Assembly: GCA_041746255.1 (NCBI GenBank) | Contig: JBGTHM010000036.1 | Span: 1-41,596 of the forward strand | Direction of reading: 5' to 3' | DNA: 41,596 bases | DNA from: Fibrobacteria bacterium | GTDB lineage: Bacteria > Fibrobacterota > Fibrobacteria > UBA11236 | Shown here: piece after piece, positions 8,737 through 16,763 of the stretch | How the letters are laid out: each line of letters begins with the position of its first letter | Position numbering within the stretch: position 1 is the stretch's first letter | Position numbers and translations under genes: made by a program | Notes under the pieces: generated by a model | What the model saw: the letters and a program-made list of their open reading frames with translations, nothing else | Database searches by the model: none | Told to the model about the DNA's origin: nothing

Positions 8737-9168
8737 TTAGCAAAACGGCCAAATGGGACAAAGTCTTTTAGCGGAAACGAAGTCTCCCTCCCGAATGGAC
8801 GGTTTTGGGAGTTGGGCATGGTCATGAAAAAGGGGTGCGGAAGGACCCTTTATCGCAGCGGTTTTTCGTGCGCTTTCCACCATAGCGGAAACCAGTCGGG
8901 AGAGGTTTGCTTCAGCCTCGTCATAATCCAAGGATGCGAGCCGCCTTGCGTCGCGCATGTTGTTTAGGCCGGCGCGAATCAGGTCGCGAACCAGGGTTGC
9001 GCAAGGGGAGGTGAAGGAATGGTCGGCTTCCGCGGCGAAAAATCGGGCAGAGGAGTAAAGTTTTTGTTCCATGTCGGCCATTTGGGCCGTTTCCGTCTCC
9101 TTACCCACTAATACCAGGGAATGGGACTCCGGGTGGGAAGTATCCGGTGAAGGTTCGATTTTATGCAT
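8737..9168 (-). CDS. Hypothetical helical protein ending in LCPIWPFC; possible histone-fold-like
   Basis: Clean ORF filling the intergenic space, GAG-containing purine tract upstream of the ATG, helical composition; the fold is inferred only. Confidence 0.65.
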   Translation of the reverse strand: MHKIEPSPDTSHPESHSLVLVGKETETAQMADMEQKLYSSARFFAAEADHSFTSPCATLVRDLIRAGLNNMRDARRLASLDYDEAEANLSRLVSAMVESARKTAAIKGPSAPLFHDHAQLPKPSIREGDFVSAKRLCPIWPFC

Positions 9169-9227
9169 GAAAAGAGGCGCTCACTTTAGAAGGAAGGAAA
9201 AATAACATATTTTTCCACATTATACCG

Positions 9228-9776
9228 ATGTGCCGCATACTCTTACTTCTCCTTCCGCTGGTGGCCTTGTCTACACATCCCACCGAGGCCCTGCCTTTGC
9301 GTTATTCCCTGGGAATGCGCACCCAAGGGCATTATGATTTCGAGCCCGGAAACGATTATTTTCCCGGATTACAAGCGGGTGTTTCTCTGGGGGGATGGTT
9401 CCGGCATCGGGCCCAATTCCAACTTGCCTTTTTGACGAATCGTTTGGAGGAAGCCTCGGGTCGCTTCATTGTAATCGAGGACTATTATCTGGCCTCCGGG
9501 TCCTGGCACTTCAGGCCCGAACGGAAATTCGATCCCTATGTGAAAGTCGATGTGGGCGTGAACCATTTCGATAGTGAGGGTTTGGATATTCCCGGTAACC
9601 CCACCCGGGTTACGGCAATTTCCCTGGGAACGGGGTTAAGTCCCTTTCCCGAACGCTTCGCGCTTTATTATGATTTCGGTTACTCCTTGAATACCTCCTC
9701 AACTGTGATGCCGGGTGTCTTTTCCCTCGGCTTTCGCATCCACTTGCCCGATGGAGTCGCCTCTCATGGACGCTAG
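9228..9776 (+). CDS. Outer-membrane beta-barrel protein
   Basis: Signal peptide (..LLLLLPLVALS..TEA), alternating aromatic beta-strands, 'FDPYVKVDVG', 'FSLGFRIHL'. Confidence 0.7.
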   Translation: MCRILLLLLPLVALSTHPTEALPLRYSLGMRTQGHYDFEPGNDYFPGLQAGVSLGGWFRHRAQFQLAFLTNRLEEASGRFIVIEDYYLASGSWHFRPERKFDPYVKVDVGVNHFDSEGLDIPGNPTRVTAISLGTGLSPFPERFALYYDFGYSLNTSSTVMPGVFSLGFRIHLPDGVASHGR

Positions 9777-10752
9777 GATATTGGGTAAAGCGTGGCGGAT
9801 GCGGATAGGCTGCCTAGCCCTTGCAAGCGTCGGATTGATATCCTCATGCCTTCCCCTCACCGAGGTAGAATGCGACGCGCATTGCCGTGAACACTGGATG
9901 GATGGGGAAAACGTTCGCGATCCCTCATTAAGCGATTCCACCTATCGCGTATCCACTCGGATTCCCAATCCCACGGCTGAAGACTTGGAAAAACCGGTGA
10001 TTTTGGCCGTCCATGGTTTTACGGCTTCCACCTATGAATGGATGGACTTTCGCAATTGGGCCGAAGCGGACGGTAACGTCATGGTTTCCATGGTGTTATT
10101 AGGAGGCCATGGCCGAAGCATTGAAGAGTTTCGCGAGAGTACCTGGGAAGAATGGGGCGCGCCCATTCTGGCGGAGTATCGCGCCTTGGCGGATAAAGGC
10201 TATACGAAACTCAGCATCGCTACCGCCTCCACCGGTGGACCGCTCCTATTGGAAAGCATTTCTTCGGGTGGGTTCGCGAAGCTTCCTGCTCCCAAACAGA
10301 TTTTTCTGATCGATCCTATTTTGTCACCCTCGGATAAATTACTCAGCCTTGTCAACTTGGCTGGACCGGTTGTCGGTAACAGTCCCAGCGAAGGCACCGA
10401 GGAAGAATCCCGCCATTGGTATGTGAACCGGCCTGCGGAAACTTTGGGCGAGCTCTACGAATTGATTTCCAGGGTGAAAAACCGTCTGGAGCGCGGTATC
10501 GCCTTGCCTTCAGGTACGCATTGCAAGGTTTATAAAACCAAGGTCGATGGCGCGGCGGATCCAATCAGCGCCCTTTATCTCAAAAAAGGTTTACAGCCCC
10601 GGGATGGGGGAGTGGTTGAAGTGGAAATGCTGGATTCTCGAAAGCATGTTTTCACGCGTAAAGCGGGGCGTTCCGAATCTTCATGGTCTGAAGCGGACGA
10701 AAAATTGCAACTCCGGGCTTTTAATGAAATGAAAAGCAGGCTGCTGCAGTAA
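9766..10752 (+). CDS. Alpha/beta-hydrolase (esterase/lipase) lipoprotein
   Basis: GGAG RBS then ATG 9766; lipobox LISSC; oxyanion 'VHGFTAS', 'LGGHG', nucleophile elbow 'TASTGG', acid 'DGAAD', His 'SRKHVF'. Confidence 0.82.
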   Translation: MDARILGKAWRMRIGCLALASVGLISSCLPLTEVECDAHCREHWMDGENVRDPSLSDSTYRVSTRIPNPTAEDLEKPVILAVHGFTASTYEWMDFRNWAEADGNVMVSMVLLGGHGRSIEEFRESTWEEWGAPILAEYRALADKGYTKLSIATASTGGPLLLESISSGGFAKLPAPKQIFLIDPILSPSDKLLSLVNLAGPVVGNSPSEGTEEESRHWYVNRPAETLGELYELISRVKNRLERGIALPSGTHCKVYKTKVDGAADPISALYLKKGLQPRDGGVVEVEMLDSRKHVFTRKAGRSESSWSEADEKLQLRAFNEMKSRLLQ

Positions 10753-10755
10753 AGG

Positions 10756-11373
10756 ATGCGCTCCATGAAAACCATTACCGGTTGTTTCGCACTTTTTTTC
10801 CTCCTGGGTTGTCAATTCAAGGAGGAGTTGCAAAAACGGGCCGAGCTCTATCCGAATAATCAGTTGCGGCGTGAATATTACCTGAAGAAGGTACCGAACG
10901 GAGAGCCGGTTCGGCATGGACCCTACCGGGAATATTACTCCAGTGGGAGTAATAAGGAGTCTTCGACCTGGAAAGATGGATTGCTGGACGGATATGCCAC
11001 CGCTTGGCATGTAAACGGCAAGGAAAAATGGGAAAAACGATTCAAAGGCGGATTGCGTACGGGCACTTGGCGATTGAGTTATTCCGAAGGTTACCCCGCA
11101 GTGGCCGTGGCTTTTTCTCACGGACTTCCCGAAGGTGATTTTTTCCATTGGGATCGCCTCGATACGGTCGTGGCCCACTCTGCAACTTATAAAGCCGGAA
11201 ATTGCGTTTCCGGCGACTGCACCTTTTTCGATTTGTTGCTGAACAGCGCGGATTTGCCGGAGTCGATAAAGGGGCGTGGGAGGGACAGCAGCATGTTCGC
11301 GGAATTCTTCCACAGCTCTCCGGGCCAGGAGCCGGAAATAGAGGCGACCCTACCCGTCCAACGCGGTTCATGA
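10756..11373 (+). CDS. MORN-variant repeat (YwqK-like) lipoprotein
   Basis: Lipobox LLGC; repeats 'HGPYREYYSSG', 'DGYATAWHVNG', 'TGTWRLSYSEG', 'EGDFFHWD'. Confidence 0.8.
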   Translation: MRSMKTITGCFALFFLLGCQFKEELQKRAELYPNNQLRREYYLKKVPNGEPVRHGPYREYYSSGSNKESSTWKDGLLDGYATAWHVNGKEKWEKRFKGGLRTGTWRLSYSEGYPAVAVAFSHGLPEGDFFHWDRLDTVVAHSATYKAGNCVSGDCTFFDLLLNSADLPESIKGRGRDSSMFAEFFHSSPGQEPEIEATLPVQRGS

Positions 11374-11410
11374 GAATTCATTCTTTAGTTTCCCCAGCGC
11401 GGTATAGCGG

Positions 11411-12655
11411 ATGAAGTTACCGCTTTTTTCCGAAATCAAGCGTACCCTTCCCAGCTTGCCCACTTTTAATCCACTGGCCGAATTGGAATCCCACTGGAAT
11501 CGACTCGCTATCGCGTCGAAGGTAAAAGGCAAGGATATCGCCCTGGCTGTGGGAAGTAGGGGAATCGACCGCCTGCCTGATTTGGTGAGGGGAGTAGTAG
11601 GCCTCGTAAAAGCGGGGGGAGGCCGTCCATTCATCATACCGGCTATGGGCAGTCATGGCGGAGCCAATGCCGAGGGGCAGGTCTTGGTATTGGAACAACT
11701 CGGGATAACCGAGAGGGCCATGGGATGCCCTTTGATATCCAACATGGAAACGGTAGTGGTGGGCCGCACTCCCGACGGGCTGCCCGCCTATTGCGATAAG
11801 CTGGCGGTGGAATCCGGCGGTGTAATCATTATCAACCGTGTGAAAGCCCATACCAGTTTTCAGGGGGATTTCGAAAGCGGATTGCATAAGATGCTGGCCA
11901 TAGGCCTCGGTAAAGAAGATGGCGCCAGGCTTCTGCACCAACGGGGCTCGGACGGTTTGCGCGACGACATGCCCCGCATCGCCCGCATCGTTGCGGGAGC
12001 CATTCCCTTTTTGGCCGGCGTTTTGGTGGTGGAGGATGGATACCATCGACTCGGCCACCTGGAAGTATTGACGGCTGCGGATCTGGATCGGGAAAAAGGC
12101 TTGCTGACATTGGCGAAGTCCTTGGCGCCGGGTCTGCCCCTGGATGACTTGGACTTGCTCATCGTGGATTGTATCGGAAAGAACTATAGCGGCACGGGCA
12201 TGGATACCAACGTAATCGGTCGGTTACGCATTTCCGGTCAGCCCGAACCGGGTTTCCCCCGCATAGGCGTGATCGTCGCCTTGGATTTGAGTGACGCTTC
12301 CGGCGGTAACGCCCTGGGCATCGGATTGGCCGACTTCACGGTGAAAAAGCTGGTGGATAAAATCGACTTCGCGTTGACGGCCAAGAACGTTTTCACCACA
12401 GGATTTTTGGAAAGGGGCAAGGTACCCTTGGCTTTTCCCGACGCGGAAACGGCTTTGGAGGCGGCTCGCCTCCACGTCGCCCGGCTGGGCGGTAAGGGTC
12501 CCTTGCGGGCCTTGCGTATCCGGAATACGCTGGAACTGGAAACCCTGTGGGCTTCCGAGTCCGTTCTGGATGAGGTCAGAGCCTCACCCGGCTTCCTCTC
12601 CGCCGGCCCCTTGCATCCCTTGGAATTCCGGCGCGGGCGCCTGCTGGGGATCTAG
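11411..12655 (+). CDS. Lactate racemase (LarA)/DUF2088 domain-containing protein
   Basis: AVGSRGI, PAMGSHGGA..EGQ, INRVKAHT.F, ESGL.KML.IGLGK, GKN.SG.GMDTNVIGR, GNA.GIGLADF, RIRNTL. Confidence 0.82.
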   Translation: MKLPLFSEIKRTLPSLPTFNPLAELESHWNRLAIASKVKGKDIALAVGSRGIDRLPDLVRGVVGLVKAGGGRPFIIPAMGSHGGANAEGQVLVLEQLGITERAMGCPLISNMETVVVGRTPDGLPAYCDKLAVESGGVIIINRVKAHTSFQGDFESGLHKMLAIGLGKEDGARLLHQRGSDGLRDDMPRIARIVAGAIPFLAGVLVVEDGYHRLGHLEVLTAADLDREKGLLTLAKSLAPGLPLDDLDLLIVDCIGKNYSGTGMDTNVIGRLRISGQPEPGFPRIGVIVALDLSDASGGNALGIGLADFTVKKLVDKIDFALTAKNVFTTGFLERGKVPLAFPDAETALEAARLHVARLGGKGPLRALRIRNTLELETLWASESVLDEVRASPGFLSAGPLHPLEFRRGRLLGI

Positions 12656-12954
12656 CCGCTAAAAGCATCGCCCCATCCCGGTCTTTTCTTTCGTCAATGT
12701 CGTCAAAAATTCCATGGGTTTATTTTCACCGATGTTTCCTTTCCTAAACATTCCTCCGATTACGGCGAAAGTAATTTTTTTAGGGGTGTTTTAGTTGAAG
12801 GGAGTCCGACGGGTTCTGACAAACGCGGGTATCACCATCTCTTTTACCGGCTACAGAATTATTTTATAAATACCAGATTTAACGACTATTCAAAATACCA
12901 ATATCATATTTTACATTATCGCCGGGATAATTCTTTCCCATACAAGGAGGTAAT

Positions 12955-14136
12955 GTGAATTCGATTATATCAAGCTTGCCCTCTAAAAAAAATGAAATGC
13001 GCGGCGCCCCAGTTCCTGCATCGGCCGGATGGGAGGTTGTTTCGTATTTCCTCGTGATTTTCGCCATGGTTTTTGCGGGCGAAGCGTCCGCCCTGCCAGC
13101 GGTGAAAAATGCCTATGTCTATGCCAATCTGCTCATCTATACCCCTGGGATTATAGATCCGTACGATCCCGCCATGCTGGAAAATCTCGACCAGATAAGT
13201 GCGGCCAAAAAATCCAATGGCACCGCCAGTGCCGCCGGCGTTGTCGTTCCCGTTCTAGTCGGTGCGCCTGCCGATTATGATTTGGCCGGCCTGCGAAGCC
13301 TACTGGACGGATATGGCCTGCGTCGACACGGCATAACCATCACCTTCCCCAATGTGGATATCAGTTCCTCCGATCCGGTTATCCGCGAAGCCGGCGTACA
13401 ATTTTTGAAGGAACGCATCGATATTGTCAAAGGCATCGGAGGCACCGCCTTGACGGGTCCCATTGTGGTTCCGGAAGCGGTATTCCCCACCGATGAGAAT
13501 GAAATACCTCTAACCGCCGATGTGTTGGTCGACCATATGGAACAGCGCTATCGCAACGCAGTGGAACCCATGCAACGCGTTGCGGAATACGCACAGAGCC
13601 AGGGCATCCTCCTGGGACATGAATACATTACCCATTGGGAAATCCCCGGCCAGAATACCTTGTCGCAAGCCATCGCCTTCGCCGAGGAAGTGAACCGGCC
13701 CGCTTTTGGATTGCTGACCGATATCGCCCATGAAGTTCACAATGGTCCGGGCCATTTTCTCTGGGCAGGATTGATGGAGTATGCAGTTCAGCGGAACATT
13801 CCCATGTTCGTCCAGGTGTCCGAACCCGGTCGCGGTGATGTCCGGCAATCCTGGATTCCCTGGAGTGAATTCTTCGGAGTACTCCAGGCATTGAACTTGA
13901 TCAATCCGGATCATCCCCTGGACATCGAAATCTTCGATAATATTCCGGGTTTCGAATTCCTGAGCCTCACACGGCGCAAGTTCACCGATCCGACCGAAAT
14001 CATGGTGGGTGGCATGCAGCATGCCCATTTGATGTGGGCGAACGTTCCCGGCAATCACCGGAAAATCCCCAAGGGCGCTCAAAAAGCCGCTCTCAAATTG
14101 TTAAATGCCGATAAGCTCATTTACCAGACGCCATAA
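12955..14136 (+). CDS. Sugar phosphate isomerase/ketose 3-epimerase family TIM barrel with N-terminal signal sequence
   Basis: AGGAGG RBS before GTG; 'SSSDPVIREAG', 'HEYITHWE' (cf. EPLNRFE), 'DIAHE' (cf. DTFH), 'QVSEPGRG', 'IEIF'; hydrophobic stretch ending A-S-A. Confidence 0.75.
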   Translation: MNSIISSLPSKKNEMRGAPVPASAGWEVVSYFLVIFAMVFAGEASALPAVKNAYVYANLLIYTPGIIDPYDPAMLENLDQISAAKKSNGTASAAGVVVPVLVGAPADYDLAGLRSLLDGYGLRRHGITITFPNVDISSSDPVIREAGVQFLKERIDIVKGIGGTALTGPIVVPEAVFPTDENEIPLTADVLVDHMEQRYRNAVEPMQRVAEYAQSQGILLGHEYITHWEIPGQNTLSQAIAFAEEVNRPAFGLLTDIAHEVHNGPGHFLWAGLMEYAVQRNIPMFVQVSEPGRGDVRQSWIPWSEFFGVLQALNLINPDHPLDIEIFDNIPGFEFLSLTRRKFTDPTEIMVGGMQHAHLMWANVPGNHRKIPKGAQKAALKLLNADKLIYQTP

Positions 14137-14151
14137 GATTGAAATCACCAA

Positions 14152-14279
14152 CCCTTTTCCTGACATTGGAAAGGGAATCCATGGGAAGGCGCCGTCACCG
14201 TCATGTGCCGTTGCCTTCCCTTTGGACGTCATCTAAGTTGATTGGGGCGGGCGGATCACCCTCCGTTCCCGGAGGGTGA
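14152..14279. repeat. Three consecutive hairpins downstream of the epimerase gene (at least one probably a terminator)
   Basis: CCCTTTTCC..GGAAAGGG (14152-14175); GGGAAGGC..GCCTTCCC then TTT (14183-14223); perfect TCACCCTCCG-TTCC-CGGAGGGTGA (14256-14279). Confidence 0.55.
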
Positions 14280-14370
14280 AGTGGATTTTCGAGGCTGGCC
14301 CGCTATGCGAGGACATGCATGCAGTGGGGTATTATAACCCCCGGAATTCATGCCCGCAGCATGTAATGAG

Positions 14371-14522
14371 AATCAACTGAGGGCAAGCGGACGTAGACCT
14401 TTGTGAAGCTCTCGCCGCCCCGAAGTTCCATTCGAATTGCCGGGACGCCTCGAAAAGCCATTTGGGTGGAGCCCCGGAGCGGCACTGGCAAGTGACGCGC
14501 AGCACCCTGCGGTTTGTTATGT
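14371..14522 (-). repeat. Degenerate attC-like imperfect palindrome
   Basis: Starts ACATAAC on the minus strand ~30 bp after the upstream gene's stop. Outer arms AGGGTGCTGCGCG / CGTCCGCTTGCCCT. Inner 17-bp arms match 13/17 (14414-14430 vs 14467-14483). Distal GTT box is imperfect. Confidence 0.4.
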
Positions 14523-14553
14523 GTAGTTTCGCCTCCACATTTTTGGGGCTGGT

Positions 14554-14991
14554 TTAAAATAAATATCCTATGCCAAGTATTGGAATTACTATTACAAATT
14601 CATTTGCTTCAAGATAATACCTTGCTACTTGAATTCCATAATAAGATTTAAACTTTGATTTTTCTCCAAAATCATGAGAATCATAAATTCCAAAGCAAAT
14701 GCGTTTTCGATAATCTTCTGATTCCGTATCTTCCAGATTATGCCCATATGAGACTCCAGCTGTAAAAAAATGGTTTCCCCCTATTCGGAATAGTTCTTTT
14801 GACACACCTACCGTGTAATCTGACCAGGCAAAATGCCGGGCTACGGAGAAATACCAAGATTGAATACCAACTTGAAGCGAGATTCCAGCTCGGCCAAAAG
14901 GCTCGCCTACTCCAGTGCTAAGTCCGAATTCGGCCGAGTGCGCCCTTCCCATTATAAAACCGACTAATGCACAGAAAATGAGATTTTTCAC
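14554..14991 (-). CDS. Small AT-rich exported/outer-membrane beta-strand protein, cassette-like
   Basis: Signal peptide MKNLIFCALVGFIMGRAHS-A, amphipathic strands, C-terminal 'LGIGYLF' beta-signal; visibly lower GC than flanks. Confidence 0.7.
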   Translation of the reverse strand: MKNLIFCALVGFIMGRAHSAEFGLSTGVGEPFGRAGISLQVGIQSWYFSVARHFAWSDYTVGVSKELFRIGGNHFFTAGVSYGHNLEDTESEDYRKRICFGIYDSHDFGEKSKFKSYYGIQVARYYLEANEFVIVIPILGIGYLF

Positions 14992-15063
14992 TACGGTTCC
15001 CTTTTAAGGTATTTCTCTTATGATTTGACTTCGAAATTCTTGGCCCAAGAAATAATCATATTC

Positions 15064-15096
15064 TGTGGTTCCCAACCGGGTCGGTTGGGAACCACA
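15064..15096. terminator. Perfect 15-bp stem-loop (terminator of the aminotransferase or REP-like element)
   Basis: TGTGGTTCCCAACCG-GGT-CGGTTGGGAACCACA. Confidence 0.55.
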
Positions 15097-15259
15097 CTTT
15101 AGGAGGCGACATTGCACACAACCTGAATTTTGCGATCCGCGGATAGTTCGCCACTTAATAGATTAGGTTCTTCCCGAATGCAATCTATGTTCCCGTGACA
15201 TATTAATCTTCTGATTCCACCGAACCATAATCAGTCCCCGGGAAGCGGAATTGTTAGGG

Positions 15260-16567
15260 TCACTGATTGGGGAACTCCTTCGCGGCGGCAAAGATATTCG
15301 CAAATAACTTGGGCAGTTTTTCCTTCTCTGTGGAGGAAAAGGCCAAGCGCAAAAGGCCGCTGAAGGCGATTACCCCGGTGGAATAATCCGTCAGAAGTTT
15401 TTGCCGCAAGGCCTCGGCGTCCACCCGCAGCGGTTTGATGCACATGAAGTAGCCGGAGTTGAATGGAAGCGGAAGAAATTGTTCGGCATATTCCGGATGC
15501 GCCTCCAGAATGGACCGGATGGCCCGGTAGCGTGATTCCAGTACGTCGAATTTCTGTTGTTTCTCCCGGGTGTACGCTTCCGAAGACCACGACTGTACCA
15601 ATAGGGACTGGGCCGGATTCGAGGTATTTGAGATGTTACCCCTTACCGCGCCGGCGGTTTTGGCCTCCAGGGCTCCGTACACAGCGGCACTGCCGCCTTT
15701 GATTCCGTAGGTGAGGAAGCCGACACGGAATCCCCAGACATAATCTTCCTTGGTGGGGCCGTCAATTTTTACCGCCAGCAGGTTTTCATGGGCGTCGCAG
15801 AGGTTTGTGAAAATGGATTGGGTGTAGACGCCGTCTTCAAAGACCAAACCGAAATAGGCGTCGTCGATGAGAACCACCAATTTGTCGCCCCGAACGGCAG
15901 CATCGCGCAAGGCGGCGATTATGGCATTTACTTCCTCAATAAGGGGAGTGTACCCGGTGGGATTGTTGGGAAAATTCAGGCAGACGATTTTCTTACCCGA
16001 AGGCGAAGGTTTCGTCAACGACTCCACTAAACCCGCCACGTTGAAACCACCCGCTTGAGTGAAGGTGGGAAAGGTGCGCAACCGGGTTCCATAGGCCAGA
16101 CCGAATACCAGGTCATAATTTTCCCAGTAAAGATCGGGGAGGATTATTTCATCACCTTCATCGCAAAAAAGATATCCCGCCATGCTGAGCCCATGGGTTA
16201 AAGCCGCCGTCACCAACGGTTGGCTGATGGCTTTTCCCTCCAACTCCGGGTTTTTCTGAATGAGCATTTGGCTCCACAGCTTGCGGATATCGGGGCGACC
16301 CGGGCTGGGGGCATAGGGAAAGGCCTTATCCGTGGACAGGGTGAGCTGTTTCTCCAAGCTGGGGAGGCACATCGGTTTTCCACTTTCTTCCAAGGCGATT
16401 CCGATAGTGGCGTTAATGGCTTTCCCCTGTGCGTCTGCGCTTTGGGAGAGAATGCCCAATTTGGGGAAATAAATCGCTTTGCCCCGCTTCGATAACATGG
16501 CGGTTAAAGCGGGGCTATGCTGATCCAAAATGTCGTTCAAGGCTTGGGCTTGGAGATCGAGGTCCAT
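15260..16567 (-). CDS. Class I/II PLP-dependent aminotransferase
   Basis: INATIG, 'LNFPNNPTGYTP', 'DDAYFGL', PLP-Lys motif 'DGPTKEDYVWGFRVG', 'PFNSGYF', 'LRLAFS'. Confidence 0.92.
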   Translation of the reverse strand: MDLDLQAQALNDILDQHSPALTAMLSKRGKAIYFPKLGILSQSADAQGKAINATIGIALEESGKPMCLPSLEKQLTLSTDKAFPYAPSPGRPDIRKLWSQMLIQKNPELEGKAISQPLVTAALTHGLSMAGYLFCDEGDEIILPDLYWENYDLVFGLAYGTRLRTFPTFTQAGGFNVAGLVESLTKPSPSGKKIVCLNFPNNPTGYTPLIEEVNAIIAALRDAAVRGDKLVVLIDDAYFGLVFEDGVYTQSIFTNLCDAHENLLAVKIDGPTKEDYVWGFRVGFLTYGIKGGSAAVYGALEAKTAGAVRGNISNTSNPAQSLLVQSWSSEAYTREKQQKFDVLESRYRAIRSILEAHPEYAEQFLPLPFNSGYFMCIKPLRVDAEALRQKLLTDYSTGVIAFSGLLRLAFSSTEKEKLPKLFANIFAAAKEFPNQ

Positions 16568-16705
16568 GGAATTTCCTTTGGGAGCCCGGTCGGCACGTGA
16601 GAGAGGCCGGGGGTGGACGAAAAGGTGGAAAAGATACCTAAACGCGGATTAATTTTCAGCCGGGGCGGCATGAAATGCGGGCGTGTGGGGAGGACGCGCT
16701 TGCTG

Positions 16706-16753
16706 AAAAACAAGACCCTTGGTCAAAGACAGAGAATCGTCTCAGACCAAGGG
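16706..16753 (-). terminator. Intrinsic terminator after the metalloprotease gene
   Basis: CCCTTGGTC...GACCAAGGG stem followed by TCTTGTTTTT on the minus strand, 10 bp past the stop. Confidence 0.65.
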
Positions 16754-16763
16754 CAACAGATTA

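Noticed and set aside
10756..11373. Toxin-antitoxin module call based on YwqK-like repeats
   Set aside because: MORN-variant repeats are generic and no recognisable toxin gene is adjacent; kept only as a low-weight hypothesis
12660..12950. Riboswitch in the long AT-rich leader of the epimerase gene
   Set aside because: No recognisable aptamer consensus (TPP, cobalamin, c-di-GMP, SAM) by eye; an Rfam scan would be needed
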